Source of the DNA: Candidatus Rokuibacteriota bacterium | GTDB lineage: Bacteria > Methylomirabilota > Methylomirabilia > Rokubacteriales > CSP1-6 | Assembly: GCA_003221635.1 (NCBI GenBank) | Contig: QHSR01000242.1 | Coordinates: 11,396-75,395 of the forward strand | DNA length: 64,000 bases | Direction: 5' to 3' | In this document: positions 27,174 through 36,408 of the stretch, in pieces | Layout: every line of letters begins with the position of its first letter | How positions within the stretch are numbered: the stretch's first letter is position 1 | Position numbers and translations under genes: made by a program | The notes under the pieces: model-generated | What the model saw: only the letters and a program-made list of their open reading frames with translations | The model's database searches: none | Told to the model about the DNA's origin: nothing

Positions 27174-27766
27174 TCTACCTCTTCCGGCACGGGGAGGTGG
27201 AGCTGGCCGAGACGCGCCGCTTCATCGGCCACCTCGACGTCCCGCTCTCGGCGCTGGGCGAGCGACAGAGCGCCGCGCAAGCCGCCCGGCTCTCCTCCGT
27301 AAAGCTCACCGCGGTGTTCGCCAGCGATCTCGTCCGTGCCCGGCGGACCGGCGAGATCATCGGCGCGCCGCACGGGCTGGTTCCCACGGTGGTGCCGGCG
27401 CTCCGCGAGATGGCGATGGGGCGATGGGATGGGCTCACCGCCACCGAGATCCGGCAGCGCGAGCCGGCGCGGTTCGCCGAGTGGATGGCGCGCGTCGGCG
27501 AGTTCCCGTTCCCGGGCGGCGAGAGCGTGCCGGATCTCGAGGCCAGGGCGTGGCCGGCGTTCGAGTCGATCGTCGGCACCCACGCGGCCCGGGCGATCGC
27601 CATCGTCGCGCACGGGGGAACGAACCGCACGCTCATCTGCCGGGCGCTCGGGCTCCCGCTCGGCCGGCTGCTGGCGCTCGGTCAGGACTACGGCGCGCTC
27701 TCGGTGCTCGAGCGAATCGACGCAACGTGGCGCCTGCGGCGCCTGAACGAGCGCCCGATGCTCTGA
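27152..27766 (+). CDS. cobC: Histidine-phosphatase family protein, probable alpha-ribazole phosphatase
   Basis: LIYLFRHGE catalytic RHG motif and a later HGG motif. Overlaps the cobS stop. Start at GTG 27152, with TTG 27170 as an alternative. Confidence 0.75.
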   Translation: MVTPGTLIYLFRHGEVELAETRRFIGHLDVPLSALGERQSAAQAARLSSVKLTAVFASDLVRARRTGEIIGAPHGLVPTVVPALREMAMGRWDGLTATEIRQREPARFAEWMARVGEFPFPGGESVPDLEARAWPAFESIVGTHAARAIAIVAHGGTNRTLICRALGLPLGRLLALGQDYGALSVLERIDATWRLRRLNERPML

Positions 27767-28036
27767 TCCAGTTCCCTTGGCGGCGGATGGCGCGCCGCGG
27801 GCCCGAGCATCCCGGCGATCTGTTGAATTTTCAACGCCGGCAGACCGAGAGGCAGCGCGCGCTAGCCCTCTAGGGCTGGGCCGGTCGGTGCGAAACGCCT
27901 CTGACCGGTCTATTTCTGACCGGTACCGGCTCCGCGATCCCTGGCTAAGGCTGTAAGAAATCGAAAGATTCTCGGGGCACCGGTTATGCACCATCCCTTG
28001 GTGAGCGCGCACAGCGCGCCACGGGGGTGCGGGGCG

Positions 28037-28918
28037 ATGGTTCGCGAGCTGACGATCCTGACGGTGCTCGGCACGGCGTTCATCTCGAGCGGTACTCCCG
28101 CGGCGGCCACGGTCCCTCTGGAAGGCGCTCGAGCCGTCGCGCGTCCGGACAAGCGGTCCGGGGCCGAGACACAAGCTCTCGACCATCTCCTCGAGCGCTC
28201 CGGCCTGAGAGTTCAGCTCGCGAGCCTGTCAGCCGGCGTCCGCGTGCAGTTCCTGCGCGGCCGGGGCCGGCTCAGCGGCCAGGATCGCCTCACGATCGAC
28301 CAGATCGTGTCGGAGCGCTTCGCCGCCGAGGCGCTCTATGCGCGGATCAGCCGTGAGTTCGCGCCCCATCTCGACGCGGCGAAAATGGCGAAGGCCCTCG
28401 CATGGTACGACTCTCCGCTCGGGAAGCGGATCACCGGGCTCGAGCTCGCGGCCCTGGTGTTCGACGGCGGACCGCGCGCGGTCGCAGACCTCGAGAATGA
28501 TCGCCCATCACCTCGGCGCCTCGCGCTCATCGAGCGCCTCGATGCTGGCGGCGGCGCATCGGAAACGACCGTGGACGTGACGATGGCCATCGTGCGGAGC
28601 CTGACGCGGGCCTTCCAGCCCGCCTTGCCCGCCGTGCGCCGACTCAACCCCGGTCAGCTCGAGGAAGAGCTCGTGCGGGCTCGGAATCGAACCCGGGAAC
28701 AGATCAGAGCCGCGTGCCTCGTGAGCATGCTTCTCGCCTATCGGACCCTCTCGGACCGTGAGCTCGAGCAGTACGTGCAGTTCGTGGAGTCCGAAGCGGG
28801 TCTGTGGTACATGAGCGTGATGAATAGCACGCTCTTGATCGCGGTCGACGTGGCGGCCGACGCGGTCGCGGCCGAGCTTGTGACGGCGGTGCCTCAGCTC
28901 GTCGGCGACCTCCGCTAA
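28037..28918 (+). CDS. Secreted hypothetical protein (two DUF2059-like helical repeats, weak call)
   Basis: Start at the in-frame ATG at 28037, which gives a signal-peptide-like N-terminus (MVRELTILTVLGTAFISSGTPAAA). WYDSPLGKR and ELEQYVQFVESEAG motifs recur. Confidence 0.55.
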   Translation: MVRELTILTVLGTAFISSGTPAAATVPLEGARAVARPDKRSGAETQALDHLLERSGLRVQLASLSAGVRVQFLRGRGRLSGQDRLTIDQIVSERFAAEALYARISREFAPHLDAAKMAKALAWYDSPLGKRITGLELAALVFDGGPRAVADLENDRPSPRRLALIERLDAGGGASETTVDVTMAIVRSLTRAFQPALPAVRRLNPGQLEEELVRARNRTREQIRAACLVSMLLAYRTLSDRELEQYVQFVESEAGLWYMSVMNSTLLIAVDVAADAVAAELVTAVPQLVGDLR

Positions 28919-29005
28919 TCTCCTTCCATCCAGAAGGACGTCGAGCCCCGTCCGGAACGTTCGCGCCATCCTCACCCAGGGCCGCGACGAGCTCGCGGAC
29001 GGGCG

Positions 29006-29674
29006 TCACGGCTTCCGGAGCAGGATCGACCCGAAGACGGATTCTGCGAATGAGGTGGTGTCGTCCGAGTCGATGGCGATCGAGATGTATCCCGGGCTGT
29101 CAGGCTCGGCGCCGTAAATCTTCTTGTAGTCCTCGACCACGTTGCGCCGCTCGGTGATCCACTTGCCGAGATCGGCCGGGCCGGAGCGCATGACGACGTA
29201 GGTGACCGTCGAGGTCTTTTCGCTCTTCACGATGCTGCCGGCCGGTGCCGTCGTGTCCCAGATGTAGCCGATGATCTGCGAGCGCACCGCCTCCGGGAAG
29301 CGCGGCCACACCACATAGAGCTGAGCCGCCTGGTCGTCGGCGCTCTTCTTCCGGCAATCGCCGTTCTTCGGCAGCGTGACCGCCTTCCAGCTCCACACGA
29401 GAATCGGCGTCTCTTTGAGATTGACCTTGCCTCTGATGTCCTTCCTGATGACCGAGCTCTCGATCTTGCTCCTGAGGTGAAGGACCCGATGGCCCTCGTT
29501 CTCCTCGATCGTCATGTCGTACTGCGGCAAGCCCCAGTTCTGGCCGCCCAGCCAGCCCTCCGGAACACCCCGGGCCCCGAGTTTCTGGCTCTTCCAGTCG
29601 TCGATGACGACGTCGGCCCCCCACGCGGCGACCGTGAATACGAGTAAGAACGCCGGCACCACGAGCCGTGTCAT
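29006..29674 (-). CDS. DUF3047-family secreted protein
   Basis: 222 aa with a signal peptide (MTRLVVPAFLLVFTVAAWG) and family-like blocks (VLHLRS, LVWSWKA, AAQLYVVW). Lower GC than neighbouring genes. Confidence 0.7.
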   Translation of the reverse strand: MTRLVVPAFLLVFTVAAWGADVVIDDWKSQKLGARGVPEGWLGGQNWGLPQYDMTIEENEGHRVLHLRSKIESSVIRKDIRGKVNLKETPILVWSWKAVTLPKNGDCRKKSADDQAAQLYVVWPRFPEAVRSQIIGYIWDTTAPAGSIVKSEKTSTVTYVVMRSGPADLGKWITERRNVVEDYKKIYGAEPDSPGYISIAIDSDDTTSFAESVFGSILLRKP

Positions 29675-29712
29675 CGTCCGATGCTCCTTTGCGGCTATGA
29701 TACCGTCTCCGC

Positions 29713-30090
29713 GTGCAGGCCTCGCCCGATTCGATCCGCGTGGACAAGTGGCTCTGGGCCGCGCGCGTGTTCAAGACGCGGAGCCTGGCCTCGACCGCGT
29801 GCGATGGCGGCAAGGTGGACATCAACGACGAGGCGGCGAAGCCGGCCAGGCGTGTCCGTGCCGGCGATCTCATCAAGGTGACGCTGCCGCGAGGGCGCCG
29901 TCGCGTCCTGAAGGTTGCCGCCGTCGGCGACCGGCGCGGATCCGCGGAGGCGGCGCGGGTGCTCTACGAGGACTTGACGCCGCCCGAGCCCCCGCGTTCC
30001 CGCCTGGCGCCGCCGCCCGCGCGCGAGCCCGGTACCGGCCGACCCACCAAGCGCGAACGCCGCGATCTCGATCGCCTGCGCGGGTGGTAG
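29713..30090 (+). CDS. hslR: S4-domain RNA-binding protein (heat shock protein 15-like)
   Basis: IRVDKWLWAARVFKTRSLA...GGKVDIN is an S4 domain. Arg/Pro-rich tail. Confidence 0.8.
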   Translation: MQASPDSIRVDKWLWAARVFKTRSLASTACDGGKVDINDEAAKPARRVRAGDLIKVTLPRGRRRVLKVAAVGDRRGSAEAARVLYEDLTPPEPPRSRLAPPPAREPGTGRPTKRERRDLDRLRGW

Positions 30091-30366
30091 TGCGAGCCGA
30101 GGGGCGTCGCGTCCGCGAGGCGAGCCCTTCAGTGGGCCGGAGGTAGTGCGAGCCGAGGGGCGTCGCGTCCGCGAGGCGAGCCCTTCAGTGGGTCGGAGGT
30201 AGTGCGAGCCGAGGGGCGTCGCGTCCGCGAGGCGAGCCTTTCAGTGGGCCGGAGGTAGTGCGAGCCGAGGGGCGTCGCGTCCGCGAGGCGAGCCCTTCAG
30301 TGGGCCGGAGGTAGTGCGAGCCGAGGGGCGTCGCGTCCGCGAGGCGAGCCTTTCACTGGGCCGGAG
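30087..30366. repeat. Tandem repeat array, 5 x 56 bp
   Basis: The unit gtagtgcgagccgaggggcgtcgcgtccgcgaggcgagcccttcagtgggccggag starts at 30087, 30143, 30199, 30255 and 30311, with 1-2 substitutions per unit. The first unit contains the hslR TAG stop. The period is not a multiple of 3. Confidence 0.95.
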
Positions 30367-30426
30367 CGGCGCCGTGCCACGAGGCGATCACATCACTGGT
30401 GAGCTATAGTTTGGTCAACCTGAGCG

Positions 30427-31221
30427 GTGGAGCGTGTCATGGAAGGCTACGACTGGAACGCGATTGTCGACGGTCTCAACCGATATCTGCGACTGCGCTC
30501 GATCCCGATCGGTATGAAGCTCTTCGAGACGGTCGAGGCGATGGAGGCGATCCCGAAGATTCGTCGCCCGAAGGCCAAGCACACGACCGACCAGATCGTC
30601 GCCCAAGCGCGGCAGCTCGGCTGGACCGTCGGCGTCACAATGGCCGACCTCATCGGCGCCCAGTGTGGTGCCGTCATCGGGCTGCATCCCCAGGATGCCG
30701 AGTGGCTCTCGGGCCGCCGCATGGCGGGCGTATGGTTCAAGAGCGCCGAGGACGCCAGTTTGCACCAGCACGCGATGGACTGCGTGCCGCACGGCCGCTA
30801 CCGTGCAATGGCCGTCGCGCCGCTCACGTCGGGGCGGCTCGATCCGCCCGACATCTGCCTCATCTACGGCACGCCGGGGCAGATGATCTTCTTCATCAAC
30901 GGGCTCCAGTGGACGGGCTACCGCAAGCTGAGCTTCACCTCTGTCGGCGAATCGGCGTGCGCCGACTCGTGGGGGAAGGCCCTCAAAACCGGGGAGCCGG
31001 CCCTGACGATCCCGTGCTACGCCGAACGCCGCTACGGCGGCGTCGCGGACGATGAGCTCTTGATGGCGATTCCGCCGCGCTTTCTGCCCAAGGTGCTCGA
31101 GGGGCTAGCGGCGCTCGACAAGAATGGCCTGCGCTATCCGGTGCCGCCTTACGGCATCCAGTCGGACGCCGGCGCGGGGCTGGCGGTCAGCTACGCGGCG
31201 AAGGAGACGAGAGCGCAATGA
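30427..31221 (+). CDS. DUF169-family protein
   Basis: 264 aa with DUF169-like blocks (LRSIPIGMKLF, CGAVIG, ICLIYGTPGQM, ESACADSW). The ATG at 30439 is an alternative start. Confidence 0.75.
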   Translation: MERVMEGYDWNAIVDGLNRYLRLRSIPIGMKLFETVEAMEAIPKIRRPKAKHTTDQIVAQARQLGWTVGVTMADLIGAQCGAVIGLHPQDAEWLSGRRMAGVWFKSAEDASLHQHAMDCVPHGRYRAMAVAPLTSGRLDPPDICLIYGTPGQMIFFINGLQWTGYRKLSFTSVGESACADSWGKALKTGEPALTIPCYAERRYGGVADDELLMAIPPRFLPKVLEGLAALDKNGLRYPVPPYGIQSDAGAGLAVSYAAKETRAQ

Positions 31222-31676
31222 AACTGATCGGCGAGATCTTCGAGGTATTCAGGACCGCCCGTGAGGAGAAGATCAAGTACCTCGAGCGGGTCCCCCATTT
31301 CGAGGCGTGCAGCACGCGTCAGCTGCGCGCCGTCGCCGACATCGCGAAAGTCGTCGAGGTTCCCGAGCGGACCGTCCTGACCCGCCAGGGCGAGCCGGGC
31401 GACGAGTTCTTCATCATCATCGACGGCACCGCGCTGGTGACGCTCTCGATGCAGAAGCGGCACCGGCTCCGGCCCGGCGAGTTCTTCGGCGAGATGAGCT
31501 TGCTCGATGGCGAGCCCCGCTCGGCCACCGTGAAGGCCGAGACCGATCTGCGCGTGCTCGTGATCAATCGCATCAATTTCTGGCAGCTCCTGAGAGAAGT
31601 CCCGGAGCTGACGCAGAAGATGCTCGTGAACCTCTCGCGCCGCATCCGGGATCTCGAGAACGCCGTGAACGCTTGA
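31218..31676 (+). CDS. Stand-alone cyclic-nucleotide-binding domain protein
   Basis: cNMP-binding signature GEFFGEMSLLDGEPRSATV. ATGA overlap with the DUF169 gene. No DNA-binding domain. Confidence 0.85.
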   Translation: MKLIGEIFEVFRTAREEKIKYLERVPHFEACSTRQLRAVADIAKVVEVPERTVLTRQGEPGDEFFIIIDGTALVTLSMQKRHRLRPGEFFGEMSLLDGEPRSATVKAETDLRVLVINRINFWQLLREVPELTQKMLVNLSRRIRDLENAVNA

Positions 31677-31695
31677 CCGGGCGCGGCGCCGGTCA
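31674..31695. terminator. Hairpin between convergent genes (possible terminator, no U-tract)
   Basis: TGACCGG-gcgcggcg-CCGGTCA is a perfect 7-bp stem that spans both stop codons. The A-run lies on the plus-strand 3' side, so this is not a canonical intrinsic terminator for either strand. Confidence 0.3.
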
Positions 31696-32526
31696 AAAGG
31701 TCAGCTTGTCCCCCGGGCTGATCGGGAAGATTTGCGTCGGGGTCTGACCGAGTGCGGCCTGGTACTCCTGTGGCGTGCCGCGGAGCACCGGGAACGTCCC
31801 GTAGTGAACCGGGATCGCGAACTTCGGCCTGATCATTTCCTTCGTCGCGTACGCGGCGTCCCGAGGGTCCATGACGAAGTGCCCGCCGATCGGGATCATG
31901 ATGAGGTCGGGCTTGTAGTACTCGCCGATCAAGCGCATGTCGCCGAAGAGCCCGGTGTCGCCCATGTGGTAGATCTTGAAACCGTTCTCCACCTCGACGA
32001 TGAAGCCGCAGGGCTCGCCGCCCGGGTAGGTCGCGGTCTTCTTCGTCACCGGGTCGGTGACCGTCACCTCGGACGAGTGCTCTGCCCGCACCTGCGTGAT
32101 CGTGATCTGGGGGCCGGCCGGATTCACGCGGCCACCCTTGCCGAAGCGCACCGCCTTGTCCGGCACCACCCAGCCGAGGTCGATCATCGTCGCGATGAGC
32201 CCGGCGGGGCCCAGCACGGGCGCGCCCGTGCGCTTTGCCAGCTCCGACACGTCGCCGGTATGGTCGCCGTGGCCGTGGGTGACGAGGATCACGTCGACCT
32301 TGCCGAGGGAGTCGAGGTTCTTGTACGGCGGCGGCGTCTTCGGGTTGTTGGTGAGGAACGGGTCGATCACGATCACCTTGCCGGTGAGCGTGGTGATCTT
32401 CGTCGCCGCCTGACCGAGCCAGTGCACCTCGGTCTTCGCCGTCTGTGCCCAGGCGCGGTCGGCGGCCAGTGCGAAGCTCAGCGTGCCGGCCGTCAGCTTC
32501 AGGAAGTCGCGGCGAGGGATGTCCAT
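31693..32526 (-). CDS. Tat-exported MBL-fold metallo-hydrolase
   Basis: Twin-arginine signal MDIPRRDFLKLTAG...AWA. Metal-binding motif THGHGDH. Confidence 0.85.
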   Translation of the reverse strand: MDIPRRDFLKLTAGTLSFALAADRAWAQTAKTEVHWLGQAATKITTLTGKVIVIDPFLTNNPKTPPPYKNLDSLGKVDVILVTHGHGDHTGDVSELAKRTGAPVLGPAGLIATMIDLGWVVPDKAVRFGKGGRVNPAGPQITITQVRAEHSSEVTVTDPVTKKTATYPGGEPCGFIVEVENGFKIYHMGDTGLFGDMRLIGEYYKPDLIMIPIGGHFVMDPRDAAYATKEMIRPKFAIPVHYGTFPVLRGTPQEYQAALGQTPTQIFPISPGDKLTF

Positions 32527-32679
32527 GGCTTTCCTCCCGAGGGTCGACGAAGATGCTTGACCCTATCACCGATACCGGGGGAAACGCGAGGTCGCCAGTG
32601 GGCTCGACCGAGCGGGCGCGCCGGCCGCCCGGTTGCACTCCGGCCGCGATTTTGTTAGCGTTCCCGGCGTTGCGCGCGT

Positions 32680-32845
32680 CCGGGAGGCCCACGAGGGCCC
32701 AGGGAAGGCGGTAGAAGCCGCCGCGACCCCGTCACTGTGATCGGGGACGAAACCCGCGAGTGCCACTGGCCGGCAGCAGGGTCGGGAAGGCGCGGGGAGT
32801 AGGACGATCCGAGAGCCAGGAGACCTGCCCGGGCGCCTATCCGAA
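32680..32845 (+). promoter_or_regulatory. Cobalamin (B12) riboswitch
   Basis: AGGGAAGGCGGTAGAAGCC, GCGACCCCGTCACTGT, GCCACTGG...GGGAAGGCG and the B12 box GAGAGCCAGGAGACCTGCCC (32811-32830), all in the canonical order. It lies directly upstream of cobU. The boundaries are approximate. Confidence 0.85.
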
Positions 32846-32873
32846 ACCGGTCTTCGAGGGAGGATCCGGGCAG

Positions 32874-33413
32874 GTGGTCTCGTCGCTCTTCATCGTCGGC
32901 GGCGCCCGCAGCGGAAAGAGCCGCTTCGCCGTCGATCGGATCCCCTCGCGGGAGAGAATCGTCTTTGTCGCGACGGCGGAGGCTCGCGACCAGGACATGG
33001 CGGCGCGCATCGCGCGCCATCGCGCCGAGCGCCCGTCGCACTGGGCGACGGTCGAGGAGCCCCTCGACCTCGTTCCGCGCCTGGAGAAGCTCGAGGGCAC
33101 CTGCGATGGCATCGTCGTCGACTGTCTCACGCTCTGGGTTGCGAACCGACTGCTGCGCGGCGAGCCGGACGACGCGATCCTCGGTGAGTCGGACGCGCTC
33201 GCGCGGCTGATCGGGCGCCGCCGGTCGAGCTTCACCGTGGTGTCGAACGAGGTCGGTGCGGGTGTGCACCCGGAAACCGCGACGGGCATGCGCTTCCGCG
33301 ACCTGCTGGGCGGCGTGAACCAGCGCGTCGCGGCGGCCTGCGACACCGTCGTGCTGATGGTCGCGGGCGTTCCGCTCACCGTCAAGACTCCGTCGGCGAC
33401 CCGCGAACGATGA
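32874..33413 (+). CDS. cobU: Adenosylcobinamide kinase / adenosylcobinamide-phosphate guanylyltransferase
   Basis: P-loop GGARSGKS. Start moved to the in-frame GTG at 32874, because the upstream part of the track ORF is the riboswitch. An SD-like GAGGGAGGA precedes the start. Confidence 0.9.
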   Translation: MVSSLFIVGGARSGKSRFAVDRIPSRERIVFVATAEARDQDMAARIARHRAERPSHWATVEEPLDLVPRLEKLEGTCDGIVVDCLTLWVANRLLRGEPDDAILGESDALARLIGRRRSSFTVVSNEVGAGVHPETATGMRFRDLLGGVNQRVAAACDTVVLMVAGVPLTVKTPSATRER

Positions 33414-34477
33414 CACGCCTCTCCAGGCTCCTCGGCTCGATCGCGCCGCCTCCTTCGGACGGAGCCGACGCGGCCCAGCGCCATCTCGATAGCCTGACAA
33501 AGCCGCCCCGGAGCCTGGGACGGCTCGAGGAGATTGCGCTCCGCCTCGCTCTCCTGCGCGGCCGTGCTCCCGAGGTCGCACACCCCGTGATCTTCACGTT
33601 CGCGGCGGATCACGGCGTCGTCGTGGAGGGCGTCAGCGCCTACCCCCAGGTCGTGACGGCGCAGATGGTCGAGAACTTCCTGCGCGGGGGCGCGGCGGTG
33701 AACGTTCTGGCGCGGCAGGCGGGGGCGCGCGTGGTGGTGGCCGATCTCGGCGTGGCCGGCCCGCTCCACCCGTCGCCGGGCCTCGTCGCGTGCCCCATCG
33801 GGCCGGGCACGGCCAACATCGCCGCGGGCCCAGCGATGACACCCGAGCAGGCGATGGGGGCGATCGAGGCCGGCGCGACGCTCGCCGAGGAGGCCCTCGA
33901 CGCCGGCGCCGATCTGCTGGCGACCGGCGAGATGGGCATCGGCAACACGACGGTGGCGAGCGCGATCGCGGCGGCCATCACGGGGGTCTCGGTGGAGCGC
34001 GTGACCGGAAGGGGCACCGGGGTGGACGACGCGACGCTGGCGCGCAAAGTGGCTGTTGTGCGCCGGGCACTCGAGATCAACCGGCCGGACGCCCGCGACG
34101 GGCTCGATGTCCTCGCGAAAGTCGGCGGCTTCGAGATCGGTGGCCTCGTCGGCGTGATTCTCGCCGGCGCCGCGCGGCGCGTCCCGGTGGTGCTCGACGG
34201 TTTCATCGCGGGGGCGGGGGCGCTGATCGCCGTCGCGCTCGCGCCCGCGACGCGGCACGTCCTCTTCGCCTCGCATCGCTCCGCCGAGCCCGGCCACGCC
34301 TTCGTTCTCCGCCACCTCGGGCTCGAGCCGTACCTCGACCTCTCGCTGCGCCTCGGCGAGGGCACCGGCGCCGCGCTCTTCATTCATCTCGCCCGCGCCG
34401 CCGCCCTCGTGTGGAGCGAGATGGCGACCTTCAAGACCGCCGGCGTGAGCGAGTCGCCCCGGGCGTCTGATCGATGA
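33410..34477 (+). CDS. cobT: Nicotinate-nucleotide--dimethylbenzimidazole phosphoribosyltransferase
   Basis: LTKPPRSLGRLEE...GEMGIGNTT. ATGA overlap with cobU. Confidence 0.9.
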   Translation: MTRLSRLLGSIAPPPSDGADAAQRHLDSLTKPPRSLGRLEEIALRLALLRGRAPEVAHPVIFTFAADHGVVVEGVSAYPQVVTAQMVENFLRGGAAVNVLARQAGARVVVADLGVAGPLHPSPGLVACPIGPGTANIAAGPAMTPEQAMGAIEAGATLAEEALDAGADLLATGEMGIGNTTVASAIAAAITGVSVERVTGRGTGVDDATLARKVAVVRRALEINRPDARDGLDVLAKVGGFEIGGLVGVILAGAARRVPVVLDGFIAGAGALIAVALAPATRHVLFASHRSAEPGHAFVLRHLGLEPYLDLSLRLGEGTGAALFIHLARAAALVWSEMATFKTAGVSESPRASDR

Positions 34478-35370
34478 CGAAGCGCGTCCTGGTCCTCGTG
34501 GTCGCGACGACTCTCGCGGTCTGGCTCCTCGCGGTCTCGCCGCCGGTCACGGCGTTCACGACACGCGACATGCTGGGCCGGGACGTCACGCTCGCGGCGC
34601 CCCCCGCGCGTGTCGTGTCGCTCGTCCCGAGCGTCACCGAGATCCTGTATGCGCTGAATGCCGAGGACGTGCTCGTCGGCGTCACCGACTTCTGCGACTT
34701 CCCTCCGGAGGCGCGGCGCAAGCCTCGCGTAGGAGGAATGATCGCGCCAAGCCTCGAGGCCATCGTGGCGCTTCGGCCAGACCTCGTCGTCGCCACCACG
34801 GAGGGGACCCGCGACGACGCGTTCGCGCAGCTCACGCGGCTCAAGGTTCCCGTGTACCTCGTCGCCGCTCACCGCGTCGCCGACGTGACGGCCCTGGTCG
34901 CGAAGATCGGCGAGCTGGCGGACCGGCGGGCGGCGGCCGAGTCGCTCGTGGCGCGGCTCGAGCGACGGATCGAGTCGGTGAAGAAGGCCGTGCGTCCGCG
35001 CGGGCGCCCGCGCGTCCTCTACGTTCTGTGGCCGGAGCCGCTGATCGTGCCCGGGCGGAACACGCTCGTGACCGAGCTGATCCAGCTCGCGGGCGGGCAA
35101 TCTCTCACGGCCGACGACGCCGATCCCTGGCCCCGCTATAGCCTGGAGGCGGCGGTGGCCAAGGACCCCGAGGTCATCCTGCTCGCCAACCACGGCGCCG
35201 GCACCGGCGCAATCGCGATGGACCGGTGGCGTCGCTTCACCGAGCTGCCCGCGGTCAAGGCCGGGCGACTCCACTCGGTCGACGGCGACCTGCTGCACCG
35301 CTACGGGCCACGGGTCGTCGACGGTCTCGAGCAGCTGGCGCGGGCGATCCACCCGGAGGCGTTCCCCTGA
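34474..35370 (+). CDS. btuF: Periplasmic corrinoid/siderophore-type ABC substrate-binding protein
   Basis: Signal/TM N-terminus. BtuF-like RVVSLVPSVTEILYAL...VGVT and PDLV blocks. Confidence 0.8.
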   Translation: MTKRVLVLVVATTLAVWLLAVSPPVTAFTTRDMLGRDVTLAAPPARVVSLVPSVTEILYALNAEDVLVGVTDFCDFPPEARRKPRVGGMIAPSLEAIVALRPDLVVATTEGTRDDAFAQLTRLKVPVYLVAAHRVADVTALVAKIGELADRRAAAESLVARLERRIESVKKAVRPRGRPRVLYVLWPEPLIVPGRNTLVTELIQLAGGQSLTADDADPWPRYSLEAAVAKDPEVILLANHGAGTGAIAMDRWRRFTELPAVKAGRLHSVDGDLLHRYGPRVVDGLEQLARAIHPEAFP

Positions 35371-36383
35371 GCCCGGCGCGACGCCTTGCCTTGGTGCTTG
35401 GCGTTCTGTCGACGGCGCTGCTCCTCGTCGCGGTCGCCGCTCTCTTTGTGGGGAGCGCCTCGATCTCACCGCGGGCGGTCCTGAGCGCCATGGCGGGACG
35501 GGCCGCACCGGAGTCGGTCGAGCGAGTCGTGACACTGTCGATCCGCCTGCCGCGGATCGCGGTCGCCGCGCTCGCCGGCGGCGCGCTCGCCGTCGCGGGC
35601 GTCGCGTTCCAGGCGCTCACGCGGAATCCGCTCGCCGAGCCTTCCGTGCTCGGCGTCTCGAGCGGCGCCGCCTTCGGTGTCGTGCTCGGGCAGAGTCTCG
35701 GGCTCGGCTTGACGTTTCTCGAGGCCGCCGGCCTCACCGCCTTCGCGTTCGCCGGGGCGCTCCTCGCCGCCGGAGCGGTGTACCTGATCGCGGCGGTCGG
35801 CCGGGGGCTCTCGATCCAGACCCTGCTGCTGGCAGGCGTCATCGTGGGGATCTTCTTCTCCGCGGCGATCACGGTGGTGATCTCGCTCCTCGACTTCAAC
35901 CGGCTCGGCGGGGTCATTCACTGGCTGCTGGGCAACCTCGCCCCGATCCCACCCGGAGCCCTCGGCCTGTTCGCGCTCCTCGCGGCGGTCGGTTTCTGGC
36001 TCGTCGCGAGCCACGCCCGGGAGCTCAATCTGATGGCGCTCGGCGAGGAGACCGCGCTGGTCCTCGGCGTGGGCGCCGAGCGGCTCAAGCTCACGATCTT
36101 CGTCGGCGCGTCCCTCCTCACCGCGAGTGTGGTGGCCTTCACGGGGCCGATCGGGTTCGTGGGGCTCATCGTGCCGCACGCGCTCCGAATCCTGCTGGGC
36201 TCCGACAACCGGCTGCTCGTGCCGGCCTCGCTCCTGGGCGGCGGCATCTTCCTCCTGGTCGCCGACACGGTCGCCCGAAATGTCGTGGCGCCCGCCGAGA
36301 TGTCGGTCGGCGTCATCACGTCCTTGTGCGGCGCGCCGTTCTTCGTCTACCTCCTGCGCACGCGCTACCGCGCCAACCTCTGA
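35367..36383 (+). CDS. btuC: FecCD-family ABC permease (BtuC-like)
   Basis: About 9-10 TM segments and a FecCD signature region. The N-terminus SPARRLALVLGVLS fits a CTG start at 35367, which overlaps the btuF TGA. The first canonical start is TTG at 35391. Confidence 0.8.
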   Translation: MSPARRLALVLGVLSTALLLVAVAALFVGSASISPRAVLSAMAGRAAPESVERVVTLSIRLPRIAVAALAGGALAVAGVAFQALTRNPLAEPSVLGVSSGAAFGVVLGQSLGLGLTFLEAAGLTAFAFAGALLAAGAVYLIAAVGRGLSIQTLLLAGVIVGIFFSAAITVVISLLDFNRLGGVIHWLLGNLAPIPPGALGLFALLAAVGFWLVASHARELNLMALGEETALVLGVGAERLKLTIFVGASLLTASVVAFTGPIGFVGLIVPHALRILLGSDNRLLVPASLLGGGIFLLVADTVARNVVAPAEMSVGVITSLCGAPFFVYLLRTRYRANL

Positions 36384-36408
36384 TGCCGGGCCAGGCCTCG
36401 ACGGTGAT

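Noticed and set aside
27822-27835. FNR/CRP-type binding site (GTTGAATTTTCAAC), possibly linked to the cNMP-binding protein at 31218.
   Set aside because: The half-site spacing is 2 nt shorter than the TTGAT-N4-ATCAA consensus. The cNMP protein also lacks a DNA-binding domain.
30087-30366. Possible CRISPR array, given the regular roughly 56-bp periodicity.
   Set aside because: The whole 56-bp unit repeats with no unique spacers between repeats, and no cas genes are nearby. It is a plain tandem repeat.
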